Part shown: one piece after another, positions 38,683 to 48,553 of the stretch
Layout: the number at the start of each line of letters is the position of its first letter
How positions within the stretch are numbered: the stretch's first letter is position 1
NCBI GenBank assembly: GCA_964013565.1
Contig: CAXGWU010000001.1
Span: 93,601-157,600 of the forward strand
DNA length: 64,000 nt
Direction of reading: 5' to 3'
DNA from: an uncultured Oligoflexia bacterium
Lineage (GTDB): Bacteria > Bdellovibrionota > UBA1018 > UBA6935
Translations under genes and position numbers: made by a program
The notes under the pieces: model-generated
Databases searched by the model: none
What the model saw: only the letters and a program-made list of their open reading frames with translations
What the model was told of the DNA's origin: nothing

Positions 38683-39600
38683 TCACTGTGTGAGAGGGAT
38701 CCAAAGATAAATTCCCCAGTAATCGATTAGTGCTGCGGCAAGAATGAGAATAAGGCTGAAATTGACCCAGAGGAAAAATCTAAGCCATGACTTTTCTAGA
38801 TCTTTGGTTGAAAATCGTTTGAGTTCAAAAAGAATTTTTACTCCAATGAGAACGGAGGCTCCCATATAAAAAGCACCGACGTGTAAAAAAAGAGGACCAA
38901 TTAATAAGAGTGCAATATAGCCAAGGGACCATACGGCGATTTCTTGCACGGTGGTTTCCTCTCCTTGAGAAACAGGAAGAGTGGGAATGTTTCCGAGTTG
39001 ATAGTCTTTTTTAAATCGAATTGCTAGTGACCAAAAGTGAGGCATTTGCCAAAAAAATAAAATAAAGAAGAGGTACCAACCTGCAGGATCAAAAGGATGT
39101 CCTGAAGAAGAGAGGTGTCCCATCAGAATCGGAAGGGCTCCTGGAATAGCTCCTGGAATAGCGGCGTGAGCCCATCTGGGTTTCCACCAAAGGGTATAAA
39201 GAAAGTTGTAGGAGAGTACTGCAAATAGTCCAAAAATAAAAAGGGATCGGCTGAGAAAGAAAAGACATGATGCTCCAATGATTAAAAGTGTGGTGGCTAA
39301 GAGTTTCGCTTGCGTGGGAGTGATCCGTCCAGAGGGTAAGGGACGGTTCTGAGTTCGTGGCATTTTGGCGTCAATGATTGCTTCACTGATTTGGTTCCAT
39401 CCAGAAGATCCGGAAGCTAAAAAAAAGATCCCGATGAACGTTATTGAAAAACGAAACCAGTCAAGTTTTTTTTCAAGAGGATGACCTAGAAAATAGCCAC
39501 TAAGAACACTAATGAGAACAAGGGAGACGATTCCTCCTTTTGTAAATTCTCGAAAAGTTTTCAGTAGGTTTTGTTGAGGAATTGCTGTTTTCGTGGTCAT
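38683..39600 (-). CDS. ctaB: protoheme IX farnesyltransferase (heme O synthase), UbiA family
   Basis: Polytopic UbiA-type prenyltransferase with NxxxD-like Asp-rich segments. Start placed at the internal MTTKT Met (39598-39600). The ORF track extends 27 codons further. Confidence 0.8.
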   Translation of the reverse strand: MTTKTAIPQQNLLKTFREFTKGGIVSLVLISVLSGYFLGHPLEKKLDWFRFSITFIGIFFLASGSSGWNQISEAIIDAKMPRTQNRPLPSGRITPTQAKLLATTLLIIGASCLFFLSRSLFIFGLFAVLSYNFLYTLWWKPRWAHAAIPGAIPGALPILMGHLSSSGHPFDPAGWYLFFILFFWQMPHFWSLAIRFKKDYQLGNIPTLPVSQGEETTVQEIAVWSLGYIALLLIGPLFLHVGAFYMGASVLIGVKILFELKRFSTKDLEKSWLRFFLWVNFSLILILAAALIDYWGIYLWIPLTQ

Positions 39601-39809
39601 TGGAAGGCGACTATATAACAGTTGACCACAATGAAAAGAGAATTTCTCATGCGCTTTTAAAGAATACAAAAAAGTCATCATTAAAAAAAACGACGTAAAA
39701 CGTTGACTTAGAGAGGTTTAAAAAATAGAAAATGAGTTCAACCTAAAAAAACTAAAGAAAGTTTTAGAAGATGGACGTCTTGCAGACAATAGAGCGCGGA
39801 GTAAAAGTG

Positions 39810-40646
39810 ATGGGGATACGAGCGCTCGTCGTCTTTTTCTTATTTAGCAGTTTATCTTCTTTTGCAGCTTCAGAAATTCCAGGTGAATTAAAGGGAGTTG
39901 GAATTGAGGAGAAATTAGGAAATCAAGTTCCAATTACCGAGTTAGAATTCAAAAACGAGGATTCTCAACCAGTTCGTTTAAGTCAATATTTTAAAAGTGG
40001 TAAACCAGTTGTTCTTGCTCTTGTTTATTATAACTGCCCTAATCTCTGTAATTTTCTTCTCAATGGCTTTTTGGATACGCTGAAAAAGTTTCAATGGTTA
40101 CCTGGACGCGAGTTTGAAATTGTAACGGTAAGTATTAATCCCAGAGAAGGTTCTTCTTTAGCTAAAGAAAAGAAGAAGCGATATATAGAGGCTCTTGGAA
40201 GAGATCCAGAGGTGGTTGCTCAGGGTTGGCATTTTTTGACCGGACAGGAAGATCAGATTAAGAAGCTGGCTGATTCTGTAGGGTTTGGTTTTCGGTTTGA
40301 TGAAAAAAGTGGCGAATTTGCTCATAGTTCGGCTCTTTTTGTATTAACTCCTTCTGGAAAGCTTTCTAGAAATCTTTATGGGATTGAATTTCCTCAAAAA
40401 GACTTTAAGCTCGCTTTATTAGAGGCATCTGACGGAAAAATTGGTACTATAGTAGACCGAGTCCTTTTATTTTGTTTCCATTATGATCCAGATTCACGGG
40501 GATATTCCCTCTATGTCTGGAGATTAATGCGTCTTGGCAGTGCGGGAACCCTCTTTGCTGTAGGTGGTTATCTCGCTGTTTTTTGGAGACGTCAGAGAAG
40601 GAAAGAAGAAGAGGACGAAGAGACTGTGAATGAAGGAGATGTGTAA
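39810..40646 (+). CDS. SCO1/SenC copper chaperone
   Basis: Thioredoxin-like fold with the CPNLC (CxxxC) copper-binding motif and a conserved His. Start taken at MGIRALVVFF… (signal/TM anchor). Confidence 0.8.
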   Translation: MGIRALVVFFLFSSLSSFAASEIPGELKGVGIEEKLGNQVPITELEFKNEDSQPVRLSQYFKSGKPVVLALVYYNCPNLCNFLLNGFLDTLKKFQWLPGREFEIVTVSINPREGSSLAKEKKKRYIEALGRDPEVVAQGWHFLTGQEDQIKKLADSVGFGFRFDEKSGEFAHSSALFVLTPSGKLSRNLYGIEFPQKDFKLALLEASDGKIGTIVDRVLLFCFHYDPDSRGYSLYVWRLMRLGSAGTLFAVGGYLAVFWRRQRRKEEEDEETVNEGDV

Positions 40647-41669
40647 ATGATATCCATTGCGAATGCCGCAGATAAATTTGCTGGAACCCTACCGATCCAA
40701 GGGACAAATGTCGCTACAGGTTGGGACATGCTATATTGGTTCTTAATTGGCGTAAGTGTCTTTTTCTTTGTGGGAACCATGGCTGCAATGGTTTTTTTCG
40801 CTTGGAAATATCGAGCAAGTTCGGGCGCAAAACCAGTTGATTTTCGAGGAAATCACCTTATTGAGATTATTTGGACGGTTATTCCAACTGCACTGGTTCT
40901 TTTGATTTTTGCATGGGGATGGGTTGTTTACAAACAAATGGTACATGTTCCTGGTGACGCGATGGAAATTCGAGTCATTGGAAAACAGTGGCTTTGGCAG
41001 TTTATTTATGACGATGGTCGTAAGACAGTCGGTGAAGTTTATGTTCCTGTGAATCGTCCTGTTAAACTGATTCTGACTTCAGATGACGTGATTCACGGAT
41101 TTTTTATTCCAAACTTTCGAGTGAAAAAGGATGTTGTTCCTGGGATGTATACTTCTGTTTGGTTTCAGGCAAAGGTACCGGGGCGGCATCAGGTTTTTTG
41201 TACTGAATACTGTGGAGGCGCTCACTCAGGGATGTTAGCTAAAATTTATGCACTTCCAGAAGCGGATTTTCAGGCATGGAAGCGTGGCAAAAAAGTGGAA
41301 GTCAAAGGATTTGATGCCGAGCTTGCAAATAAAGAAATTTCTGGTGGGGCTTCTTCGGGAGGTCAATTAAAGAAAGTTTCTCTTGCCGACCAAGGAAAGA
41401 AACTCACTGAGACTAAAGGATGTATTGCTTGTCATAGCTCAGATGGTTCAAAATTAATTGGTCCTTCTTATAAAGGGCTTTTTGGTAGTAAAAGAGTCTT
41501 TACTGATGGGAGCTCTGTTGTCGCCGATGAGAATTATATTCGTGAGTCCATTGAGAATCCCGGTAAAAAGGTGGTTCAGGGATTTGCTCCGTCGATGCCA
41601 ACCTTTAAAGGTTTAGTTAACGAAGAAGAGTTAAATGCGATTATCTCTTATATTAAGAGTTTGAAATAA
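40647..41669 (+). CDS. coxB: cytochrome c oxidase subunit II with a C-terminal cytochrome c domain (caa3-type)
   Basis: CuA site HGFFIPNF… CTEYCGGAHSGM and a C-terminal CIACHS heme c motif. Confidence 0.85.
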   Translation: MISIANAADKFAGTLPIQGTNVATGWDMLYWFLIGVSVFFFVGTMAAMVFFAWKYRASSGAKPVDFRGNHLIEIIWTVIPTALVLLIFAWGWVVYKQMVHVPGDAMEIRVIGKQWLWQFIYDDGRKTVGEVYVPVNRPVKLILTSDDVIHGFFIPNFRVKKDVVPGMYTSVWFQAKVPGRHQVFCTEYCGGAHSGMLAKIYALPEADFQAWKRGKKVEVKGFDAELANKEISGGASSGGQLKKVSLADQGKKLTETKGCIACHSSDGSKLIGPSYKGLFGSKRVFTDGSSVVADENYIRESIENPGKKVVQGFAPSMPTFKGLVNEEELNAIISYIKSLK

Positions 41670-41680
41670 AGGAGACAGAT

Positions 41681-43282
41681 GTGAGTAGTGAACACCACGG
41701 AGATGTCAATTACCTGAATCATGAAAAAGGATTAAAATCCTGGTTGACGACTGTTGACCATAAACGGATTGGAATGATGTATCTTTTCACCGTTTTGTTC
41801 ATGTTTTTAATTGGGGGGATTTTTGCCCTTTTGGTTCGATTGGAGCTATTTTCAACAGGCCCAACGATTATTGATATGAATACTTATAATCAGTATTTCA
41901 CTTATCATGGGACGATTATGGTATTCATGGTGGTCATTCCATTGATCCCTGCCGCGATTGGGAACTTTGTTTTACCAATTATGTTGGGGGCAAAAGATGT
42001 TGCCTTTCCAAGATTGAATCTAGCTACTTATTATATCTATCTTGTAGGTGTTTTGGTTGCTTGTACAACGTTGTTTTTAAATGGAGTAGATACGGGCTGG
42101 ACTTTTTATACTCCTTATTCGATCCGAACGAGTACTTCTACAACATTGGTTATTTTAGGCGCCTTTATTCTTGGGTTTTCTGGAATTTTTACGGCACTTA
42201 ATTTTATTGTTAGTATTCACAAGTTAAGAGCACCCGGACTGACATGGGATCGACTCCCTCTTTTTGTTTGGGCATCTTATGCCACAAGTATTGTGCAGAT
42301 GTTGGCAACTCCGGTTCTTGCTATTACTCTTTTCTTATTAATTTTTGAGAGACTAACTGGGATTGGGATTTTTGATCCAAAGCTGGGTGGAGACCCTGTA
42401 ATGTTTCAACATTTCTTTTGGTTTTATTCTCATCCTGCGGTGTATATTATGGCACTTCCTGCCATGGGAATTGTTTCAGAGGTCATTCCCGTTCATTCTC
42501 AAAAGCCGATTTTTGGCTATAAAGCGATTGCGATGGCAACTTTTGGGATTGCTCTTGTTGCCTTCATTGTTTGGGGACATCATATGTTTGTTTCTGGACA
42601 GTCTGAGTTAGCAAACTTTGTATTCTCTTTGCTAACGATGTTTGTGGCGGTTCCTACAGGAGTGAAAGTTTTTAGTTGGATAGGGACAATGTATAAAGGT
42701 TCGATCCGATTTAATGCCCCCATGCTTTACGCAATGGCATTTTTGTTTATTTTTACGATCGGTGGTTTGACTGGAATCTTTTTAGCGACCGTTGCAACCA
42801 ATGTTCATTTAACGGATACGTACTTTGTTGTGGCTCACTTTCACTATGTAATGGTGGGTGGAACGTTGATGGGCTTTATGGCTGGATTCCATCATTGGTT
42901 TCCTAAAATGTTTGGAAGAATGTACAACGAGTCTGCCGCATTAGTTTCGGGTTTTTTAGTATTTGTTGGCTTTAATGTAACTTTCTTTCCTCAGTTTATT
43001 TTGGGGGCACAGGGAATGCCGAGAAGGTACTATGATTACCTTCCTGAGTTTGAAGCTCTTAACCGGGTTTCTACCGTTGGTTCAATGATGATTGGGTTAG
43101 GTTTTGTTTTTTCAGCAATTTACTTATTTAAAGCAATGAAATCAGGACCAAAAGCTTCGGCGAATCCGTGGAATGGAAAATCGTTGGAATGGGAAACGAC
43201 TTCCCCTCCACATCCTCATAACTTTCATGATCAGCCTGTTGTGACTCATGGACCTTACGACTTTATTGAGCAGGGAGAATAA
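41681..43282 (+). CDS. coxA: cytochrome c oxidase subunit I
   Basis: Canonical HCO subunit I (…WFFGHPEVY-like WFYSHPAVYI, HHMF, many TM helices). GTG start. Confidence 0.9.
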   Translation: MSSEHHGDVNYLNHEKGLKSWLTTVDHKRIGMMYLFTVLFMFLIGGIFALLVRLELFSTGPTIIDMNTYNQYFTYHGTIMVFMVVIPLIPAAIGNFVLPIMLGAKDVAFPRLNLATYYIYLVGVLVACTTLFLNGVDTGWTFYTPYSIRTSTSTTLVILGAFILGFSGIFTALNFIVSIHKLRAPGLTWDRLPLFVWASYATSIVQMLATPVLAITLFLLIFERLTGIGIFDPKLGGDPVMFQHFFWFYSHPAVYIMALPAMGIVSEVIPVHSQKPIFGYKAIAMATFGIALVAFIVWGHHMFVSGQSELANFVFSLLTMFVAVPTGVKVFSWIGTMYKGSIRFNAPMLYAMAFLFIFTIGGLTGIFLATVATNVHLTDTYFVVAHFHYVMVGGTLMGFMAGFHHWFPKMFGRMYNESAALVSGFLVFVGFNVTFFPQFILGAQGMPRRYYDYLPEFEALNRVSTVGSMMIGLGFVFSAIYLFKAMKSGPKASANPWNGKSLEWETTSPPHPHNFHDQPVVTHGPYDFIEQGE

Positions 43283-43285
43283 TCA

Positions 43286-43930
43286 ATGGCAATAGTTGCA
43301 AGTGAAAGAAAACATTCAGAACACTTTAATAGTGCGGAACATGAATTTGTTTCGAGTAAGCAGGGAATGTGGTTATTTCTGCTTCAAGAGGTCTTGTTTT
43401 TTGCGGGTCTTTTTGTTGCTTATGGAATTTTTAGGGCTCTAAACCCGGAAATGTTTCATGCAGCATCACAAATGCTCGATGTAAAAATGGGTGCTTTGAA
43501 TACTGTGGTTTTGATTTGTAGTAGTTTGACGATGGCTTTTGCCGTTCGTTCTGCTCAAACAAATCAGACTAAAAAGACAACGATGTATTTGATTGTCACT
43601 TTTCTACTCGCATCCGTTTTCTTGGTGGTGAAGTATTTTGAATATAGCCACAAATTTCATGTCGGACTTCTTCCTGGTCAATATTTTACGAACACAGAAT
43701 TGACGGATCCAAAGTCAGGACTCTTTTTCTCATTGTACTTTATGATGACGGGGGTTCATGGATTGCACATTATTTTAGGAATGCTTGTGATTCTTTGGTT
43801 GGTTAGAAGATCATCCAGAAATGAGTTTGGCTCGAATTATTATACACCTGTTGAACTATTTGGTTTGTATTGGCACTTTGTCGATTTAATTTGGATTTAT
43901 TTATTCCCATTATTGTATCTTATTGATTAA
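43286..43930 (+). CDS. coxC: cytochrome c oxidase subunit III
   Basis: Subunit III-like polytopic protein following coxA. Conserved His-rich C-terminal helices. Confidence 0.8.
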   Translation: MAIVASERKHSEHFNSAEHEFVSSKQGMWLFLLQEVLFFAGLFVAYGIFRALNPEMFHAASQMLDVKMGALNTVVLICSSLTMAFAVRSAQTNQTKKTTMYLIVTFLLASVFLVVKYFEYSHKFHVGLLPGQYFTNTELTDPKSGLFFSLYFMMTGVHGLHIILGMLVILWLVRRSSRNEFGSNYYTPVELFGLYWHFVDLIWIYLFPLLYLID

Positions 43931-43943
43931 GGCGAGGAAAAGC

Positions 43944-44741
43944 ATGAGTAATCAACACGAACATCATGAACATTTTATTTTACCAGTGAAACTAGGAATT
44001 TTTGTTTGGTTCGCTTTGATCATTGGTACGATTATTACGGTATTAGTCGCTCAGGTTCACTTAGGTGAGTGGAATTTTGCTGTGGCAATGGCCATTGCAA
44101 CTGTAAAGGCGGCGCTTGTCGTTACTTACTTTATGGGAATGAAGTATGAAACAAACGATAATAGAGTAATTGCAGTCAGTGCGATTATTTTTAGTGTCAT
44201 CTTTTTCGTTCTTACAGCAACAGATCTGTTTTTTAGGAAAGATGGGGTCTATGTTCAAAAGGGTGATCTAGAAGCATGGGCCGCTTTGGGAGCAGACTCT
44301 CAAACTCTTAAATTTAAAAAACCTTGGGTATCTAGCGATGAGCTCGTTGCTCATGGGAAAAAGTTATTTGATATGCAATGTGCCACTTGCCACGGTTCTG
44401 CTGGGAAAGGTGATGGTCCTGCTTCAGGTGCACTTAATCCGAAACCAAGGAATTTCACACAGGCATCTGGATGGAAAAATGGACGAAAACCCGCACAGAT
44501 TTACGGAACTCTTCAAAAAGGGTTAGGAACAATGCCTTCGTTCGGATCTCTTCCTAAGGATGACCTTTGGGCATTGGCTCATTATGTCTCGCATTTTGGA
44601 CCAGATGTCTTAAAAGATAGCAATGCAGACTTGAAAAAAGTTGGAATTGACCCATCAAAAGAAGATGGTGGTCTTGGGGGAGCAGGGTCTAAGGTTCTTC
44701 CAATTGACTTCGCAATTGAATTGATGTCAGAAGATTCATAA
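43944..44741 (+). CDS. caa3-type oxidase subunit IV-like membrane domain fused to a C-terminal cytochrome c domain
   Basis: N-terminal two-helix COX4_pro-like segment (MSNQHEHHEHFILPVKLGIFVWFALIIG…), then a soluble domain with CATCHG. ATG at 43944 with GAGGAAAA upstream. The ORF-track TTG at 43923 overlaps the coxC stop. Confidence 0.55.
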   Translation: MSNQHEHHEHFILPVKLGIFVWFALIIGTIITVLVAQVHLGEWNFAVAMAIATVKAALVVTYFMGMKYETNDNRVIAVSAIIFSVIFFVLTATDLFFRKDGVYVQKGDLEAWAALGADSQTLKFKKPWVSSDELVAHGKKLFDMQCATCHGSAGKGDGPASGALNPKPRNFTQASGWKNGRKPAQIYGTLQKGLGTMPSFGSLPKDDLWALAHYVSHFGPDVLKDSNADLKKVGIDPSKEDGGLGGAGSKVLPIDFAIELMSEDS

Positions 44742-44757
44742 AAACTAGAAAAAATTA

Positions 44758-44859
44758 AAGAGGAGATTGATTACTTTTCATCTTCGGGTGAACAGTGTTC
44801 TTCAAAGCTTTTCATCATGATTTGTTCGGATGGGGATGAAGAGTAATCAATCTCCTCTT
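44758..44859. repeat. 17-bp perfect inverted repeat (AAGAGGAGATTGATTAC … GTAATCAATCTCCTCTT) spaced by 68 nt, followed by a T-run
   Basis: Read directly from the sequence. It lies in the 127-nt gap between convergent genes, so it may be a long-stem bidirectional terminator. Confidence 0.55.
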
Positions 44860-44868
44860 CTTTTTTCT

Positions 44869-45750
44869 TTAGAATAATTTTTTTATTTTTAACCATTCTC
44901 TAATCGCTTGATCTTTAGATCCTCGATTAAACATTTCTACTTGATGATCTTCCCCTCCATAACGAAAAGTGAGAACGTCTAAAGATGGATCGTTCTTTAA
45001 CGCTTTTGCTACTCCATCGCAGTGATGTCTATGGTCATCTATAAAGAGGATAGATTTAAGCTTTTTTTTCGCATGATTTAAAAAAAGCTTAAGCATTGCT
45101 CCTTTATGTTGTCCTTCTGAAAAAAAAATACCTTCTCGATAAAGAACTTTTCGTGGAGAGGTAAGTAGATGAAAATTTTTAATTTCTTTTAAAGAAAATC
45201 CTTCTTTTTGAAGAGTTGAATATTGATACGGTAAAAAAGTATTTTTTGGAAAAGATGAAGGTATTGCGTTTTGACTTAAGTCCACTTGAATTGAAGTCAG
45301 ATGCCTCATGGTGTACGGGTAAAAACGAGGCCCCCGACTGGTTAAAATGAGAATAGGGTATCCTTGATTTTGAAGGGAGCGGATGAGAGTCGATGTGTTT
45401 TTCTGAGTAGGTCGAGCTGCGGCGAGCGCATGCAGTTTCCCTTGTACTTCTAATAGCCCCATAAAAGACTGAGCGACAGCAAAAGGAAAGTGAGGCTGAT
45501 TTAGATGTTCATATTGCCAACGAAACCATTGATCACTTCCAATCGATTGTTGATAAGCAAGTAGAGTATTGTCGAGATCAAAAACGACAAGAGTTTGAAA
45601 AATACTGTGAGTGTTTGACTGTATTTTGGAATATTTGACGACTTCTTCGAGATGGTTGATTTCATAGTGATGAGATGAAGCATATGAGAGTTGAAAAATA
45701 ATCTGAAAAAATAAGATCAAGACAAATTCTCTTTCATTTGTGGCTCCCAT
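44869..45750 (-). CDS. HAD-superfamily hydrolase-like protein
   Basis: DxDxT motif I (VVFDLDNTLL) and a late DD motif (ILFIDDHRHH). Hydrophobic N-terminus. Confidence 0.5.
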   Translation of the reverse strand: MGATNEREFVLILFFQIIFQLSYASSHHYEINHLEEVVKYSKIQSNTHSIFQTLVVFDLDNTLLAYQQSIGSDQWFRWQYEHLNQPHFPFAVAQSFMGLLEVQGKLHALAAARPTQKNTSTLIRSLQNQGYPILILTSRGPRFYPYTMRHLTSIQVDLSQNAIPSSFPKNTFLPYQYSTLQKEGFSLKEIKNFHLLTSPRKVLYREGIFFSEGQHKGAMLKLFLNHAKKKLKSILFIDDHRHHCDGVAKALKNDPSLDVLTFRYGGEDHQVEMFNRGSKDQAIREWLKIKKLF

Positions 45751-46895
45751 TTTTTTTGTACTACTTTAGCTAATACGAATGCCAAAAGGAGAACCCCAGA
45801 AGCTGCTATAAAGGGAGTTCCTGCACCTAGATGATCAAAAAGGTATCCACTCATGGGAGGTCCTACAATTCTGGCTAGGCTTGACGATGAATGAAAAATT
45901 CCCATAGTGACCCCTCTTCTGGAAGGGGCTGCGCCTTGAGAGCAAAGACTTGAGAGGGTTGGGTGTAAAATTCCATGTCCGAATGCCATAAGAATCATTG
46001 CATAAATAAGGTGAGTATAATCAAATGTTTGACCAAACCAACTCATTCCGGCTGACATTAAAACAGTACCGATTAAGACTAATCGAATATCTCCAAATAA
46101 TTTTGAGAGTTTTCCAATCAGTCCTCCTTGAATAAAAGCCATGATCAGTCCCATGGTACCGAGCAGGTATCCTGCTTGTAGAGCTGTTTTAGAAAAACGA
46201 GTCTTTAAGTAAAGAGCAAATGACACTTCCATTTGAACAACCGCTAAGGTGAGAAGAAAAAATAAGAAAGTTGTACTTCCAGTGAGAGGATGGCTTAAAA
46301 CTTCTTTTAAGGTTGTTCGGTTGAATTTACGATCCCGATTTGCTTTTCTTTGCTCGTGAGTGAGGGGAGGCTCTTTTAAAATAAATATTGCTAAGATCAA
46401 GTTTAAAGCAGAGAGTCCAGCCGCAAAGAATAAAGGAGTGGAGTATCCATGTTGGGACAGAATCCCTCCAATGGCGGGTCCAAAGATAAATCCCAATCCA
46501 AACCCGGCACCAATCAGTCCCATTCCTTTTGAGCGGTTCTCTTGAGTAGTTACATCTGCTACGTAAGCATAGGCTGTGGAAATATTTGCCGTCATGATTC
46601 CTGCACAGAATCGAGCAATAAATAGCCAAACGAGAGAAGATGCAAATCCTAGACCGGTAAGACTAAGGACCGTTCCAAAAATACTGATTAAGAGAACTTT
46701 TCTTCTTCCGATTCTGTCGGAGAGTTGCCCCCAAAGGGGAGCAAAAAGAAATTGCATAAGTGAGTAAATAGTCATTAACCAACCGAGGTCCCAGGCGGTA
46801 GCTCCAAAGCTCTCCGCATAATAAGGGAGAATTGGGATGACGATTCCAAAACCGAGAAGGTCAATAAATAGGACCAAAAAAAGAGTAAGTAACAT
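45717..46895 (-). CDS. MFS transporter
   Basis: 12-TM pattern with the MFS signature GRRKVLLISIFG between TM2 and TM3. Confidence 0.8.
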   Translation of the reverse strand: MLLTLFLVLFIDLLGFGIVIPILPYYAESFGATAWDLGWLMTIYSLMQFLFAPLWGQLSDRIGRRKVLLISIFGTVLSLTGLGFASSLVWLFIARFCAGIMTANISTAYAYVADVTTQENRSKGMGLIGAGFGLGFIFGPAIGGILSQHGYSTPLFFAAGLSALNLILAIFILKEPPLTHEQRKANRDRKFNRTTLKEVLSHPLTGSTTFLFFLLTLAVVQMEVSFALYLKTRFSKTALQAGYLLGTMGLIMAFIQGGLIGKLSKLFGDIRLVLIGTVLMSAGMSWFGQTFDYTHLIYAMILMAFGHGILHPTLSSLCSQGAAPSRRGVTMGIFHSSSSLARIVGPPMSGYLFDHLGAGTPFIAASGVLLLAFVLAKVVQKKWEPQMKENLS

Positions 46896-46906
46896 GGGAA
46901 TAAGGT

Positions 46907-47614
46907 TTATCTTGATTCAGGGGGGCCATGCAAGAACGCAATGAGTGATGCGAAAAAGAATCCAAAAAAACCGCCAAAAACTACATCAGTCGGATAATGT
47001 CGCCCCGCCCAGACTCGAAGAACTCCTGTTGAAATGGTGAGAAAGAGGCTGAGAAAGAAGATCATTTTTTGCGCTCTTGAGTTTAGATTCCGCCTTACAC
47101 CAAAATAAATGAGGGAAACACAGGAAGCCGCAGCAAAACTCGTATGTCCTGAGAAAAAGGAACTATAATCGTGAACGTTATTTGCTTGATGCCACGGTTT
47201 AAGAAATAAGTAAGGGCGAGGACGGTTGGTTACGATTTTTGTGATCTCTGTAAACATTCCTGTGATGAGAACAGATTGAGCAAAAATAGTGAAATCAAAT
47301 AAAAAGTCTTTTGAGGTACTCTTTTCAAAAGGAGGAAGTTTTTGGATTTTTCGGTAGAGGTGAATACTTAAAGGAATAAATACAGCACAAAGACCAGCAA
47401 GATCTTGAGTCCAAAATGATGCAATATCAGCGAGATCATGAATGGGATGAATTGCAAGTTGATCAATGAAATTAATTTCTGAAGCTGAGCATGCTCCTTC
47501 TTTTGCGCAGGGAGTGTTCATCCATTGATCTCTATTTTTGACTAGAAAAATCCAGAGCAAACCTGGAATCAGAATAAGCCATGCATCTACTTTAAAAAAT
47601 AAGCTTCGTTTCAT
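46907..47614 (-). CDS. PAP2-family phosphatase
   Basis: KIVTNRPRPY (KxxxxxxRP), SFFSGHTS (PSGH) and RVWAGRHYPTDVVFG (SRxxxxxHxxxD) motifs. Confidence 0.8.
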   Translation of the reverse strand: MKRSLFFKVDAWLILIPGLLWIFLVKNRDQWMNTPCAKEGACSASEINFIDQLAIHPIHDLADIASFWTQDLAGLCAVFIPLSIHLYRKIQKLPPFEKSTSKDFLFDFTIFAQSVLITGMFTEITKIVTNRPRPYLFLKPWHQANNVHDYSSFFSGHTSFAAASCVSLIYFGVRRNLNSRAQKMIFFLSLFLTISTGVLRVWAGRHYPTDVVFGGFFGFFFASLIAFLHGPPESR

Positions 47615-47659
47615 TTTAAGTCACTTTAACATAATTCGTTTTTGACTGGTAAATTTCAT

Positions 47660-48553
47660 TTATTCAAGCGCCCAATCAAAAATTCCATGGATTCTTAATC
47701 TTCTGACTTCTTCTTTGAGTCGATCTACTTCAATTTGAAGGTCTTCGATTCTGTTGATGAACGTTGAAGCCGTAAAAAACAGGGTTTCAACGTCAATGCT
47801 TATTTGAAGAAGTGCTTTTGAGTGATTTTGCAATAACACTCGATAGTAAATTCGGGCATTTTTGAGTTCATCAATACGGTAGTTATCAATACTTAAGGCG
47901 AGATCAAAAAGTTCTTTTTCAGTAGATTCAATAATGTCGAGTTGAGTGCTTTCTAAGAGTTCAAATGGGTTGAGATAGTTTCTTCTTAAATGTTCAATGA
48001 TGAATGCGTCAATTCCCCCAATGATTCCACCTGTAAGATAGACTTGAGTTCTACCAATGAGGGTTTTTGGAAGCTCATGAGAGACAACCTTCAGTCGTCG
48101 AGAGAATTGCTCTAGGTTTGTCTTTCCTGCAGAAACCCAAGCAGATTTTTTAAATAAACCACGAGTCCATTTAAATCCATAAAACAAAGTCCAGTATACA
48201 GCAATATCTTTAAAGATAATCATGACGGGATGACGTTTCTCTTGTTCATCCAGTTCTCTTTGAATCATTGATTGTATTTGAGAGAGAAGTAAAACGGTAT
48301 TTGCTCGGTCAATCGGATTCCAGCGATAATGACTTATTAAATTAAGAAGCGTTTCATTAAAATCTTCTTTTGAAAGAGATTTAATTCTTCTGGAGAGAGC
48401 ACGGGCATGTCTGAGTTGTAGATCTTCACTCGAGGGAGAGTCGTTTTCATTTGATGAATAAGTATTAAAATAATCTTGAATCATTTGATCTGACCAAGGA
48501 GCTGCATAAGAAAATCCATGAAATAAAAAAATTCCTAATAAAAATTGAATCAT
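47660..48553 (-). CDS. hypothetical secreted protein
   Basis: Signal peptide MIQFLLGIFLFHGFSYA (start at the internal Met). No known motif. First of three co-directional AT-rich genes. Confidence 0.45.
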   Translation of the reverse strand: MIQFLLGIFLFHGFSYAAPWSDQMIQDYFNTYSSNENDSPSSEDLQLRHARALSRRIKSLSKEDFNETLLNLISHYRWNPIDRANTVLLLSQIQSMIQRELDEQEKRHPVMIIFKDIAVYWTLFYGFKWTRGLFKKSAWVSAGKTNLEQFSRRLKVVSHELPKTLIGRTQVYLTGGIIGGIDAFIIEHLRRNYLNPFELLESTQLDIIESTEKELFDLALSIDNYRIDELKNARIYYRVLLQNHSKALLQISIDVETLFFTASTFINRIEDLQIEVDRLKEEVRRLRIHGIFDWALE

